Below the pieces are notes generated by a model. The model saw nothing but the letters and a program-made list of their open reading frames with translations. It made no database searches and was not told the DNA's origin. From the sequence record DRR378314_656: DNA of 64,000 bases; one strand, 5' to 3'. Positions 39,722-49,839 of this stretch are shown one piece after another (positions within the stretch are counted from its first letter, which is position 1; every line of letters begins with the position of its first letter). Made by a program: the position numbers and the translations under genes.

Positions 39722-40660
39722 ATGACCTCATCCGCCACCCCGCGCCATTTCATTGACCTCTGGCATCTGGAATCCGCAGAATTGCGCGAAATCCTGGACA
39801 TGGCCCATGCGATGAAGAAGGCGCGACAAGGCTGGCCGAAGGGACGGGTCGACACGGGCGCCCCGCTGGAAGGGCACACGCTGGCGATGATTTTCGAGAA
39901 ATCATCGACGCGGACTCGCTTTTCCTTCGACATGGCCATGCGTCAGCTTGGCGGGTCGTCCATTACGGCGACATCCAACGACATGCAGCTTGGCCGCGGC
40001 GAAACCGTTGAGGACACAGCGCGTGTTCTGTCGCGTTTTGTCGACGCGGTGATGATCCGCGCCAATGATCATTCAGACGTTGAGGCCTTTGCCGAGAATG
40101 CCAGCGTACCTGTGATCAACGGCCTGACGGATCGGTCTCACCCCTGCCAGATCATGGCGGACCTGCAGACGCTGGAAGAGCATGGCCTGACCCTCAATGG
40201 CGCGCGCCTCGCATGGGTGGGTGACGGCAACAATGTTTGCGCCAGCTTCATTCATGCGGCGGCGAAGTTCGGGTTCTCACTGGCCGTTGGCACGCCGCCA
40301 CGCTTTGCGCCGGATGACGAGGATATCGAGATCGCCCGCGACCTGCAGGGGCGCATCGATTTGTACGACACGGCGGAAGAGGCTGTCGCTGGCGCGGATG
40401 TGGTGATTGCGGACACATTCGTGTCGATGGGTGACGCAGATGCCGAACGCCGTCTGGAAATCCTCGAGCCATATGCCGTGACCGAGGAGCTGATGGAGCT
40501 GGCTGCTGGCGGTGCGAAGTTCCTGCACTGCCTGCCCGCGCACCGGGGCGAGGAGGTCGACGCCGAAGTGATCGACGGGCCGCAAAGCCTTGTCTTTGAC
40601 GAAGCCGAAAACCGTATGCATGCCCAGAAAGCCGTGCTGCGCTGGTGCCTCGGCAAATAG
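39722..40660 (+). CDS. argF: Ornithine carbamoyltransferase
   Basis: [41 protein letters not shown]. Confidence 0.96.
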   Translation: MTSSATPRHFIDLWHLESAELREILDMAHAMKKARQGWPKGRVDTGAPLEGHTLAMIFEKSSTRTRFSFDMAMRQLGGSSITATSNDMQLGRGETVEDTARVLSRFVDAVMIRANDHSDVEAFAENASVPVINGLTDRSHPCQIMADLQTLEEHGLTLNGARLAWVGDGNNVCASFIHAAAKFGFSLAVGTPPRFAPDDEDIEIARDLQGRIDLYDTAEEAVAGADVVIADTFVSMGDADAERRLEILEPYAVTEELMELAAGGAKFLHCLPAHRGEEVDAEVIDGPQSLVFDEAENRMHAQKAVLRWCLGK

Positions 40661-40661
40661 C

Positions 40662-41978
40662 CTAGCTGTCCTGCACTTCTTCAAGGCCGATGGCGACCGG
40701 AATGGCCAGAGCGCTCATCAGAGCGAGCAAACCGATTACGACCGCCTCTCCCGCCATGTGCGCCACAACACTGAAGCCGCCGCCAAGTATCAGCAGCGTT
40801 CCGATGATCGTGTTCGACAGCGCCGTATACGCCGCGCGGTTGTCCTTGCTGGCCATGTCGACCAGATGGGTTGAACGTCCCAGGCGCACGCCCTGATAGG
40901 CGATCATCAGCACGAACAGGACCAGCGGCAGCGCCCAGACATCCTGCAGCAATCCTGCGGCGTTGAGGCCGAGTGTTGCGAGCAAGGCGAGCGTGGCCGC
41001 CGCAGCCGTCAGGATCAGCACTTTCCGGCTCGACCGGTCTGCCAGCCGTCCCCAGACATAGGAGCTGAGTAGGCCCGCTCCGGCTGAGGCGATGACGAGC
41101 AGTCCCAGACCCCCAAACATCTGGCTGGCCTTTTCAGTGTCCGTGCCGAGCGCCACCATGAACGGCGGGGCCAGCGCCGTGGAGATCAGCAGGCCGCGCG
41201 TCAGGATGAACCGGCGCAGCTGCTTGTCCTCGGCGAGCAGCTGGAAATTGTCCCGGAAGGATTTGATCGGGTTGCCGCCGCCTTCGGTAGAGCCCGGCTC
41301 CTCATTCAGCGTCGTGAACAGGGCCGCGCCCGTCATCCAGAGGCCGCCGGCGAGCAGCAAGCCGCCAATGACGAGGCTCATCCGGTCGATCCAGCCGACG
41401 GTGAGCAGGCCGCCATAGATCAGAACGGCAGCGGCGCCGACCGTGCTGGCCGTTCCCGTGGCCGTGCCCCGACGCGATTTCGAGACGGTCTTTCCGAGCA
41501 CATCCTTGTAGGTCACCGAGCAGACCGAGCGCGCGAGCGCCAGCACGGCCAGTGCGATCAGGATGACATAGCCTGCCGCTGCCCCATCGAGAAAGAAGGC
41601 GGCGATGCCCATGCTGGCCGCCGCGATGCCCTGTACCGCAGAGCCCGCAGCCCAGGCCCATTTGCGCTGAGGCAACTCGCGCAGGGCGGCGGCGGTGAAC
41701 AATTGCGGCAACAGCGCGCCAGCCTCCCTGACCGGCACGAGCAGGCCGATCAACCAGGTTGGGGCGCCAATGGTGGTCAGCAGCCAGCTGAGCACGAGCT
41801 TGGGATCAATCAGCCCGTCGGAGATCTTGCTGGTCGACAGGCTGGTGACATGCGTGAAGAAATTGCCCGCTTCTTCCTTGCAGGCGCTGTCAGGGATGTC
41901 CTTGCAAACGCGCCCCTCATCTCCAGAGGTGAGCATTTCAAAGACAAGTTCCTGAGTGTTTTCAGCCATGAAGCGCAA
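40662..41978 (-). CDS. MFS-type permease
   Basis: Many TM segments, WGRLADRSSRK motif. Confidence 0.8.
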   Translation of the reverse strand: MRFMAENTQELVFEMLTSGDEGRVCKDIPDSACKEEAGNFFTHVTSLSTSKISDGLIDPKLVLSWLLTTIGAPTWLIGLLVPVREAGALLPQLFTAAALRELPQRKWAWAAGSAVQGIAAASMGIAAFFLDGAAAGYVILIALAVLALARSVCSVTYKDVLGKTVSKSRRGTATGTASTVGAAAVLIYGGLLTVGWIDRMSLVIGGLLLAGGLWMTGAALFTTLNEEPGSTEGGGNPIKSFRDNFQLLAEDKQLRRFILTRGLLISTALAPPFMVALGTDTEKASQMFGGLGLLVIASAGAGLLSSYVWGRLADRSSRKVLILTAAAATLALLATLGLNAAGLLQDVWALPLVLFVLMIAYQGVRLGRSTHLVDMASKDNRAAYTALSNTIIGTLLILGGGFSVVAHMAGEAVVIGLLALMSALAIPVAIGLEEVQDS

Positions 41979-42072
41979 AATAGCGCGGCCCTGTCAGGTG
42001 GCAACATTCACGATTGAGTGTGTTCAGACAAAACTGCTGGAAGGGCGCGCAGATCACGCTACACATGGAAGC

Positions 42073-43008
42073 ATGGCCGATAGCGAATTTCACCCCGCCA
42101 AATTCTCTGATCCCGATGTCACCGCCAAGGGCGTGACGCGCGCCAGCGTCGGCTGGACAGGTTTGAAAACGCTGTGGCTGAACACAGGCACGCTCTGCAA
42201 TATCGAATGCGTGAATTGCTACATCGAGAGTTCACCGCGCAACGACCGGCTCGTCTATCTCACCCGCGCGGATGTACGGCCGTTTCTGGATGAAATCGAC
42301 AAGCCCATAGAAATCGGCATCACGGGCGGTGAGCCCTTCATGTGCCCGGAGATATTGGGCATCATGGAAGACGTGCTGGCAGACGGGCACAGCCTCCTGC
42401 TGCTGACCAATGCGATGCGTCCGATGATGCGTCCTCGTATACAGCAGGGCCTGAAGCGTTTGGCCGAGACCTATGGCTCCAGAATGATCCTGCGCGTGTC
42501 CCTCGATTCCCACGAGGCGGTTGTTCATGATGAGGAGCGCGGGTCGGGGGCTTTTGAAGAGGCGTGCAAAGGCCTCCGATGGCTTGGTGAACGCGGCGTA
42601 CAGGTGGCGATTGCCGGACGCCAGGCCCTGACAGAGGATGATGCAACCGCCCGCGCCGCCTATGGCGCGCTGGCCCAATCTCTGGGGCTGCGCCTCGACC
42701 CGTCCGACACCAAACAGCTTGTTTTGTTCCCGGAGATGATCGCGCGCGATGATCCGCCCGAGATCACGACAGATTGCTGGGGCATCCTGAACAAGTCACC
42801 AGACGACATCATGTGCGCCAACCAGCGCATGGTGATCCGCCGCAAGGGCGCGGGCAAGGCCACGGTGACCGCCTGTACGCTCTTGGTGGACGACCCTGCG
42901 TTCGAGCTTGGCGATACGCTGTCGGATGCGACGGCTGATCCGGTCAAGCTGAACCATCCCTGGTGCGCCAGTTTCTGCGTGCTGGGCGGCGGCAGTTGCT
43001 CGGCCTGA
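42073..43008 (+). CDS. Radical SAM protein
   Basis: CNIECVNC, TGGEP, extra C-terminal Cys (HPWCASFCVLGGGSCSA). Confidence 0.88.
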   Translation: MADSEFHPAKFSDPDVTAKGVTRASVGWTGLKTLWLNTGTLCNIECVNCYIESSPRNDRLVYLTRADVRPFLDEIDKPIEIGITGGEPFMCPEILGIMEDVLADGHSLLLLTNAMRPMMRPRIQQGLKRLAETYGSRMILRVSLDSHEAVVHDEERGSGAFEEACKGLRWLGERGVQVAIAGRQALTEDDATARAAYGALAQSLGLRLDPSDTKQLVLFPEMIARDDPPEITTDCWGILNKSPDDIMCANQRMVIRRKGAGKATVTACTLLVDDPAFELGDTLSDATADPVKLNHPWCASFCVLGGGSCSA

Positions 43009-43086
43009 TCGGGCTCGCGCAGGCGTGCCTCTTGCGATAGGGGCGGGGCGCTGCCACATGGGGACACCAATTCGAGGTGTCCTCCC

Positions 43087-44019
43087 ATGACTGACGCAAC
43101 CTACGCCGTCACCGATTTCGTCACGAACTTCCAGATCGTGGACCGTCCCATTCGCGGGCGCGCCGTTCGCATGGGCGAGGGCAGCCTGTCGGGTATCCTG
43201 CATCGGCATGACTATCCGAAGAATTTGGCCCGCATACTTGGCGAAGCCGTGACGCTTGCGACGCTGGTCGGCGCGTCCCTGAAATTCGAGGGGCGCCTTC
43301 TGGTGCAGGCCGAAGGCGATGGCCCGGTGTCCATGCTGGTCGGCGAGTATCGCTCTGATGGCGGTGTGCGCGGCTATGCCAAATTCGATGCCGAGGCCTG
43401 GGCCCATCTGGACAAGGTGAACAAGGGCGATGCCCCGCACATGCCCCAGCTGTTCGGCCCGAACGGACGGCTTGGCCTGATCATCATTCAGGATAATCCG
43501 GCGATCCAGCCCTATCAGGGCATCGTGCCGCTGTCGAAGGGCACGCTGAGCGAGTGCGCAGAAGACTATTTTGCCATGTCAGAACAGGTTCCGACGCGCC
43601 TGAAACTGTCCGTCGCCGAGCTGGACCGCAAGGATGGAAATCCGGTCTGGGTATCCGGCGGCATGATGGTGCAGCGGATCGCAGCAGATGAAACGCGCGG
43701 TGAAACCGAAGAGGCGTGGCGCGAAGCCGAAGCCCTGTTTGCAACGCTGACCGATGGTGAACTGGCCGATGCGGATCTGCCGATGGAGCAGCTGCTCTAC
43801 CGTTTGTTCCACGAACAGGGCGTCACGATGGAAACGCCGCAGGCGCTGGATGACCGTTGTACCTGCAATCAGGAACGGCTGGTCGAGACGCTGAAACAGA
43901 TGCCGGATGACTCTCTGCGAGAGATGACCGAAGCGGATGGTACTCTGGGCATCGATTGCCAGTTCTGCAACCGGCACTACGACATCGCGATTGAGGATGT
44001 GACCGGCAATACGAATTAG
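43087..44019 (+). CDS. hslO: Hsp33 redox-regulated chaperone
   Basis: YQGIVPL, SEQVPT, CTC...CQFC zinc motif. Confidence 0.93.
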   Translation: MTDATYAVTDFVTNFQIVDRPIRGRAVRMGEGSLSGILHRHDYPKNLARILGEAVTLATLVGASLKFEGRLLVQAEGDGPVSMLVGEYRSDGGVRGYAKFDAEAWAHLDKVNKGDAPHMPQLFGPNGRLGLIIIQDNPAIQPYQGIVPLSKGTLSECAEDYFAMSEQVPTRLKLSVAELDRKDGNPVWVSGGMMVQRIAADETRGETEEAWREAEALFATLTDGELADADLPMEQLLYRLFHEQGVTMETPQALDDRCTCNQERLVETLKQMPDDSLREMTEADGTLGIDCQFCNRHYDIAIEDVTGNTN

Positions 44020-44077
44020 GCTGGGAGGGCAACCTCCACAGTTTCGTGATTGCGAAGGCGCGCGGGCACTGGCAGAG

Positions 44078-44743
44078 GTGGCAGCCATGACTTTCAAATG
44101 GCTCCCCAATGCGCTGACCATTGCCCGCTGCGTCTTTGCTGGTTTCGTTCTGGTCGGCTTCTGGCAGGCGGGCAGCCTGGACCTGACACTGACCGGCCTG
44201 TCGCCAGAGGAATTGTCTCGGCGGGCAACCCTGCAACAGCTTTGGTACCAGTTTGCGTTCCTGGCATTCCTCGCTGGAGCCATCACCGACTTCCTGGATG
44301 GCTGGCTGGCCCGGAAACTGGAGGCGCACAGCCGGTTCGGTGTGTGGCTGGACCCGATTGCCGACAAATTGCTGATCGCCGCAGCGCTGTTCGGGCTCGC
44401 GCTCGAATTCAAGTCCTGGTTGATTTATGTGCCTGCGGCGATGATTATCGCGCGGGATGTGTTCATGACATGGTTCCGGGCAACGCCGCGCGGGCGCTCC
44501 GCGATTGTGCCGTCCAATCTGGCAAAGTGGAAAACCGGATTCGAGTTCGCGGCGATCATCGGCCTGATGCTGCCTCTGGCCACGCTGCGCCCGAGCCTCG
44601 ATGGCGATGCGGTGACAGGGTCCGATGTGCTTGCGATCGTGGCGATTGTGACCGTGGTTGGCCTGCTCTGGGTTGCGGCGGCGCTGTCCTGGTGGACGGC
44701 TGGGCAATACATGAAAGCTGCCGGATCGGGCTCACCTGACTAG
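44078..44743 (+). CDS. CDP-alcohol phosphatidyltransferase (PgsA-like)
   Basis: PNALTIAR, TDFLDGWLAR, LDPIADK, AKWKT. Confidence 0.88.
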   Translation: MAAMTFKWLPNALTIARCVFAGFVLVGFWQAGSLDLTLTGLSPEELSRRATLQQLWYQFAFLAFLAGAITDFLDGWLARKLEAHSRFGVWLDPIADKLLIAAALFGLALEFKSWLIYVPAAMIIARDVFMTWFRATPRGRSAIVPSNLAKWKTGFEFAAIIGLMLPLATLRPSLDGDAVTGSDVLAIVAIVTVVGLLWVAAALSWWTAGQYMKAAGSGSPD

Positions 44744-44751
44744 ACCCAAGG

Positions 44752-44850
44752 AAAAGGAACGCTGACTCAAGGGGGAGAAAGCCAGCGTTCCACACTCGGT
44801 CCGGAGCGGGAAGAGGGGGGACCCTGCTCCGACACGGGGCTCGTCTTGTA
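44752..44850 (-). ncRNA. Candidate two-hairpin sRNA with CU-rich loops
   Basis: Minus strand CGGAGCAGGG[UCCCCCCUCUU]CCCGCUCCG then GGAACGCUGGCU[UUCUCCCCCUUG]AGUCAGCGUUCC-UUUU; 5' end approximate. Confidence 0.6.
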
Positions 44851-45006
44851 GTGGAATGCTCTGCGTTCCCATCCCACCACGATCAAGCAATAGGCGACGC
44901 GAGCAAAGGTTCCCTCAATCTGCGAATCTTTCCGCTGAACTGCAATTCCACGAAGTTTCCGACAATCTGCCTGCATTGAGACTCAATCCGCGCCGACAAG
45001 GTGCGC

Positions 45007-45108
45007 ATGAGATCACGGCTCTCCCCCACGACCCGCCTGGTCATTGTTGCGCTGGCCGCGCTGGCTTTCCTGTGCCTGCCAGCGCTGTTGGCAATGGCGG
45101 GGGCGTGA
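45007..45108 (+). CDS. Small single-TM protein (33 aa)
   Basis: MRSRLSPTTRLVIVALAALAFLCLPALLAMAGA; AAGG upstream; GC-rich third positions. Confidence 0.5.
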   Translation: MRSRLSPTTRLVIVALAALAFLCLPALLAMAGA

Positions 45109-45111
45109 CGG

Positions 45112-45585
45112 CTAAGGGGCCTTGCCCGACCAATACGGTGACCGGGTCTGCCCCAGATAGAATTCTGCCAGCCTGAGCCGTGTGCCATTGGTCGTGCCGT
45201 CAGGGACATCATCAGGCGGGCACCAGCGGATTTCCGCGATCTCGGCCAGCGCCGTTGCCTTGCCTTGTGTCCAGATACCTGGCGGCACGTGATACAGCAT
45301 GACGTGATCGTTCGGGAATGAGGCGTGATTGGAATAAACGCCTGCCAGCACCGGCGCGCCATTCATCAGGATACCCGCTTCTTCCTCGATTTCGCGCCGC
45401 AAGGCCTCGACACAGGGCTCGTTCCGCTCGACCCCGCCGCCGGGCATGTGCCAGCCGGAAATGTAGGTATGGCGCACCAGAAGGATATGCCCGTCCTCAT
45501 TCTCGACCAGTCCCCGCACACCCATCGTCATGGGGCGGCGCAGGCGGGCATAGGCATGAAAAAGCCGGGTTCTGAGCCAGGACAT
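45112..45585 (-). CDS. NUDIX hydrolase
   Basis: PGGGVERNEPCVEALRREIEEEAG Nudix box. Confidence 0.9.
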   Translation of the reverse strand: MSWLRTRLFHAYARLRRPMTMGVRGLVENEDGHILLVRHTYISGWHMPGGGVERNEPCVEALRREIEEEAGILMNGAPVLAGVYSNHASFPNDHVMLYHVPPGIWTQGKATALAEIAEIRWCPPDDVPDGTTNGTRLRLAEFYLGQTRSPYWSGKAP

Positions 45586-45745
45586 GAGGTCTCCTTACGC
45601 CGTGGGAATTACAGGGCTAATGTGAAAAAACTCGCAAAGGGAATGCAAACTTCCTGAGAATTCGGGCTCGCCAAGCCCGGCAACGCACGCTAAGAGCGGT
45701 GCGAAAGCATGGAAATGCTCAAGAAAACAACAGCGAGACGGCGCC

Positions 45746-45835
45746 ATGATCATCCATCCCTCTCTGATTGCCATTGCCGCAATTGTAGTCGTATTCGGCA
45801 TCCTGAACTTCATTGAATACAAGCGTCTCGACTAG
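45746..45835 (+). CDS. Small membrane protein (29 aa)
   Basis: MIIHPSLIAIAAIVVVFGILNFIEYKRLD; ends 15 nt before antiporter start. Confidence 0.65.
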   Translation: MIIHPSLIAIAAIVVVFGILNFIEYKRLD

Positions 45836-45850
45836 GAGCGAGCCCGGCGC

Positions 45851-46840
45851 ATGCCTGATTTTTCCCTGATCGCCGCCCTGATCGGGGGGCTCGTCATATT
45901 GGCGTTTGCGGGGGATTTCCTGGTAAGCGGCGCAGTGGCCGTGGCCGAACGGTTTGGCGTCTCCAAGCTGATCGCAGGTATCTTCATTGTCGGGTTCGGC
46001 ACATCGGCCCCGGAAATGGTCGTGTCCCTGAATGCTGCGCTGGAAGACCGGGCCGGTCTCGCGCTGGGCAATATTGTCGGCTCCAACATTGCAAACATCT
46101 TCCTGGTGCTGGGCATCCCGGCGCTGATCATGCCATTTGTTGCCGGCGGTCACGGGCAGGGACGCGCGCTGACGGCCATGCTGGTGGCGACGGTTGTCTG
46201 GATGTTGCTGACGGCGATGGGACCGCTGACCTTCCTCGGGGGCGTCCTGTTCCTGACCATTCTCGTGGCGTATTGTGTCATCACCTTCTACATGGCGCGC
46301 AAGGCCGTGGCGTCGGGCGAAGATCCCGGCATTGAGATTGAGGAACACGACCCGCTCAGCCTTGGCCGGTCGCTGGCCTATATCGTGCTCGGCATTGGGG
46401 GGCTCGTCCTCGGCGCGCATCTGATCATCGCGGGCGGTGTGGGCATCGCCGAATTCTATCACGTGCCTCAGGAATGGATCGGCCTGACCCTGCTGGCGTT
46501 CGGAACCTCCCTGCCTGAAATCGGCGCGGCCATCGCGGCGGCGCTGCGCCGGCATGGCGAAGTGGCCATCGGCAACGTGCTTGGTTCCAACGTGTTCAAC
46601 ATTCTCGGAGCGGGTGGAATCATCTCTCTCTTCGGGCCGATTGAGATTGCGCCGACTTTCACGCAATATGATCATTGGGTCATGGCCTTTGCGGCGCTGC
46701 TGATCGGCGGGTTCATCCTGACGCGCGCGCGCCTTGGCCGCCTGATGGGAGTGTTGATGCTGCTGATCTATGCCGCCTATATCTACGGCCTGATTCACGG
46801 GGTAAACCTGCTCGGCCTGTTCCAGAGCGCGCCGGCATGA
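45851..46840 (+). CDS. Calcium/sodium antiporter (CaCA, YrbG-like)
   Basis: GTSAPE...GNIVGSN and GTSLPE...GNVLGSN alpha repeats. Confidence 0.92.
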   Translation: MPDFSLIAALIGGLVILAFAGDFLVSGAVAVAERFGVSKLIAGIFIVGFGTSAPEMVVSLNAALEDRAGLALGNIVGSNIANIFLVLGIPALIMPFVAGGHGQGRALTAMLVATVVWMLLTAMGPLTFLGGVLFLTILVAYCVITFYMARKAVASGEDPGIEIEEHDPLSLGRSLAYIVLGIGGLVLGAHLIIAGGVGIAEFYHVPQEWIGLTLLAFGTSLPEIGAAIAAALRRHGEVAIGNVLGSNVFNILGAGGIISLFGPIEIAPTFTQYDHWVMAFAALLIGGFILTRARLGRLMGVLMLLIYAAYIYGLIHGVNLLGLFQSAPA

Positions 46841-47589
46841 AGCCGGGCGCGGCGCTGGTCACGGGCGCCGGGGCGCGGCTGGGCCGGGCCATGGCCGAAG
46901 CGCTGGGCGCTGATGGCTGGCAGGTAATCGTCCACTACAATTCCTCCGCTGACGGCGCAGAGGAAACCGCCCAGGCCATTCGTTCGGCCGGCGGGGACGC
47001 CGTCACAATGCAGGCTGACCTGTCGGATGAGGTGGCCACTGCCGAGCTGATCCTGCACGCTGCGGAGAAGGTCGGACAGCCCGTGTCCCTGCTTGTGAAT
47101 TCGGCCTCGGTCTTCGATGAGGACACGGTCTCCAGCCATACGCGGGAGAACTGGGACAAGCACATGAACGCGAACCTCCGCGCGCCGATCCATCTGGCCC
47201 AGACCTTTGCGGATGCCCTGCCGAAAGGCGCGCCGGGCCTGATTGTCAATCTGATCGATCAGCGGGTCTGGAAGCTGACCCCGAATTTCTTCACCTACAC
47301 ACTGTCCAAGGCCGCGCTCTGGCAGGCGACGAAAACCATGGCGCAGGCCCTGGCGCCAAACATCCGCGTCAACGCCATCGGGCCGGGGCCGACGCTGAAG
47401 TCGAAACATCAGAGTGAAGACGAGTTTGCAGCCGAGACCGCGGCCACGCTGACAGGGCAGGGCTCCAGCCCGGACGAGATCGTCAATGCGCTGCGATACC
47501 TGGTTTCAGCCAGCAGCGTCACCGGACAGATGATCGCCAGTGATGGCGGCCAGCACCTGATGTGGCAAACGCCGGACACGCAGATCTGA
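46837..47589 (+). CDS. SDR oxidoreductase (pteridine reductase-like)
   Basis: TGAGARLG, HYNSS, YTLSKAAL, RVNAIGPG; ATG overlaps antiporter stop. Confidence 0.85.
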   Translation: MKPGAALVTGAGARLGRAMAEALGADGWQVIVHYNSSADGAEETAQAIRSAGGDAVTMQADLSDEVATAELILHAAEKVGQPVSLLVNSASVFDEDTVSSHTRENWDKHMNANLRAPIHLAQTFADALPKGAPGLIVNLIDQRVWKLTPNFFTYTLSKAALWQATKTMAQALAPNIRVNAIGPGPTLKSKHQSEDEFAAETAATLTGQGSSPDEIVNALRYLVSASSVTGQMIASDGGQHLMWQTPDTQI

Positions 47590-48611
47590 TGAATTTCTCC
47601 TCTGACACGTCTGCGCCCGCGCATCCGAAAGTGCTGGAAGCGGTGCTCGCCGCGAATTCCGGCCTCGAGTCGAGCTATGGCAATGACCGGGTGACAAGAT
47701 GTTTGCGGGGCCAGTTGGCGACTGTGTTCGGTACAGACGATTTCGACTATTGGCTGACGGCGTCCGGCACGGCGTCGAATGCGCTGGCCTTGTCCTGCTT
47801 CTGTCCGCCGACGGGCGCAGTACTGTGCCATGCCGGGGCCCATATCGCCGTGGATGAGCGCGGCGCGCCGGAATTCTTTTCCGGCGGAGGCAAGCTGCAC
47901 CTGCTTCGCGGGCCGGATGGAAAGATCGGCTCTGCGCAACTTGATGAAGCCCTGGCGCGCATCAATCATGACTTCGTGCATGAAACCCCAGCGCATGTCC
48001 TGTCCCTGACGAACCTCACCGAGAACGGTACGGCCTATAGCGTGTCAGAGGTGACGGATTATGCGGCCAGGGCGCATGCGTCGGATTTGATCGTGCATCT
48101 GGATGGCGCGCGTCTGGGCAATGCACTGGTCTCAACCGGAGCGAGCGCGGCGGAGATGAGCTGGCAAGCTGGCGTGGACGTGCTGACCTTTGGCCTGACC
48201 AAGACCGGGGCGATGGGGTGCGAGATCATCCTGTTGTTCGGCAAGGCGCGGGAAAAGAAACGCGAGCTGGAGGCGCGGGCGAAGCGGTCCGGCCACATGC
48301 CGCCCAAGATGCGGTACCTTTCCGCGCAGGCCGAGGCGATGCTGGCAGACGGCCTCTGGCTGGATCTGGCGGCGCAGGCAAACGGCATGGCCCGGAAGCT
48401 GGCCGATGGCCTGGTGGCGCGCGGTGTGTCTCTGGCGTTCGAGCCGCAGGGCAATGAAGTCTTCGCGATGCTGCCCGACGATCAGGTCACGGCGCTGCGC
48501 GCGGCGGGCGCGGTGTTCTATCCCTGGATGGGTGGCAGCCAGCGCTTCGTCTGTTCCTGGGCCACCGAGGACACAGAGATCGAGCGTTTCCTGAGCGTTC
48601 TGGACGCCTGA
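47589..48611 (+). CDS. Low-specificity L-threonine aldolase (beta-eliminating lyase family)
   Basis: NFSSD, SYGND, GTASNAL, HLDGAR, GLTK. Confidence 0.88.
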   Translation: MNFSSDTSAPAHPKVLEAVLAANSGLESSYGNDRVTRCLRGQLATVFGTDDFDYWLTASGTASNALALSCFCPPTGAVLCHAGAHIAVDERGAPEFFSGGGKLHLLRGPDGKIGSAQLDEALARINHDFVHETPAHVLSLTNLTENGTAYSVSEVTDYAARAHASDLIVHLDGARLGNALVSTGASAAEMSWQAGVDVLTFGLTKTGAMGCEIILLFGKAREKKRELEARAKRSGHMPPKMRYLSAQAEAMLADGLWLDLAAQANGMARKLADGLVARGVSLAFEPQGNEVFAMLPDDQVTALRAAGAVFYPWMGGSQRFVCSWATEDTEIERFLSVLDA

Positions 48612-48701
48612 CCCCCGCTTTTCCTGTCCGGACTGGACGGATGGTGCGACGCACGGCAAAGAGAGCCGGCTGGAATCTTCGGGAAGGGGTTTTTGTTCAT
48701 C

Positions 48702-49364
48702 ATGTCCAATCGCATCCGCGCGGCCATGCTCGCCGCTGTTTTCGCCACCACGACACTCTCTGCCTGTTCGACGGCCTATTACGGCGCGATGGAGCAGTTC
48801 GGATACCAGAAGCGGGATCTGCTGGTGTCGCGCGTGAACGAAGCATCGGACGCGCAGGCGGAGGCCAAGCAGGAATTCACCAATGCGCTGGCAGCGTTCC
48901 GCGATGTCGTGAATTTCGATGGCGGCGAACTCGAAGCCTCCTATGATTCCCTGAACCGGGCCTATGAACGGTCTGAAGCGAAGGCCGACCGGGTGCGTGA
49001 CCGGATCAAGGACATGAAGGCCGTCTCCCGCGACTTGTTCGTGGAATGGCGCAAGGAGCTGGAAGAATATTCCGATCCCGGCCTGCGCCGCGCCTCGGCG
49101 GACCAGCTGGAAGCCACGCGAGAGCGCTATTCCGTACTGGTCGACAAGATGGACCGGGCGGCGGCTTCGATGGACCCGGTCCTGGCCGTGTTCAAGGATC
49201 GTGTCCTGTTCCTGAAGCACAATCTGAACGCCCGGGCGATTGCGGCGCTGGGGGATGAGACGCGCGACATTGAAACCGATGTGGCGGCCCTGATTGCCGA
49301 AATGGAGCGCTCGATTGCCGAGGCGGATGCCTTCATCGCGGAGATGCAGGCAGGAACCGTGTAA
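48702..49364 (+). CDS. DUF2959-like lipoprotein
   Basis: Lipobox LSAC, YYGAMEQFGYQKRDLLVSRV, LFLKHNLNARAI. Confidence 0.8.
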   Translation: MSNRIRAAMLAAVFATTTLSACSTAYYGAMEQFGYQKRDLLVSRVNEASDAQAEAKQEFTNALAAFRDVVNFDGGELEASYDSLNRAYERSEAKADRVRDRIKDMKAVSRDLFVEWRKELEEYSDPGLRRASADQLEATRERYSVLVDKMDRAAASMDPVLAVFKDRVLFLKHNLNARAIAALGDETRDIETDVAALIAEMERSIAEADAFIAEMQAGTV

Positions 49365-49431
49365 CAAGCTGCACGTTTGACGCCAATCAAGGCGCTTTTC
49401 CGGGAACCGAATTTCAGAACACGCGTTTCTG

Positions 49432-49839
49432 TCACGTCTCTGGCAGGGGCAGATTTGCCGTGTTCTGCTCATTCCGGCTTAGCCCGGGATTCGGGATTGA
49501 GGGGACCATGAAGTCAATCCCGGGCTTCGTCTTCGGACGGGGCGAGCAGATCCCCACTGCCACATCCTCATCTTCGGACATGGCCATGCGAAACGCTTTT
49601 GACGGCGTGAAGCGCCACGGCGCAGCGCGGCGCTCTGCCAGGGTGTCGCCAATCGCGACGATGTGGACATTTCCGTTCCTGTCAATTCCGGTCAGGAAAG
49701 ATGCCCGCGCCCCTTTCACAGCGCACACATAAAGGCGCAGCATGACCAGCTGCAGCCAGATCCAGACGCGAAAGCGCTGGAGGTGCGGTGGCAATTGCGC
49801 AGGAGGGGCAAGCAGGCCAGTCATGCGGTCATGATACAC
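49432..49839 (-). CDS. Hypothetical protein
   Basis: Most plausible ORF filling the gap; no recognised motif. Confidence 0.45.
   Translation of the reverse strand: MYHDRMTGLLAPPAQLPPHLQRFRVWIWLQLVMLRLYVCAVKGARASFLTGIDRNGNVHIVAIGDTLAERRAAPWRFTPSKAFRMAMSEDEDVAVGICSPRPKTKPGIDFMVPSIPNPGLSRNEQNTANLPLPET

Noticed and set aside
44975-44991. Additional Fur box
   Set aside because: Only the left part fits and the right half is poor; noted simply as a near-palindrome.
44752-45108. Type I toxin-antitoxin pairing of the sRNA and the 33-aa peptide
   Set aside because: Divergent, non-overlapping, and no extended complementarity seen.
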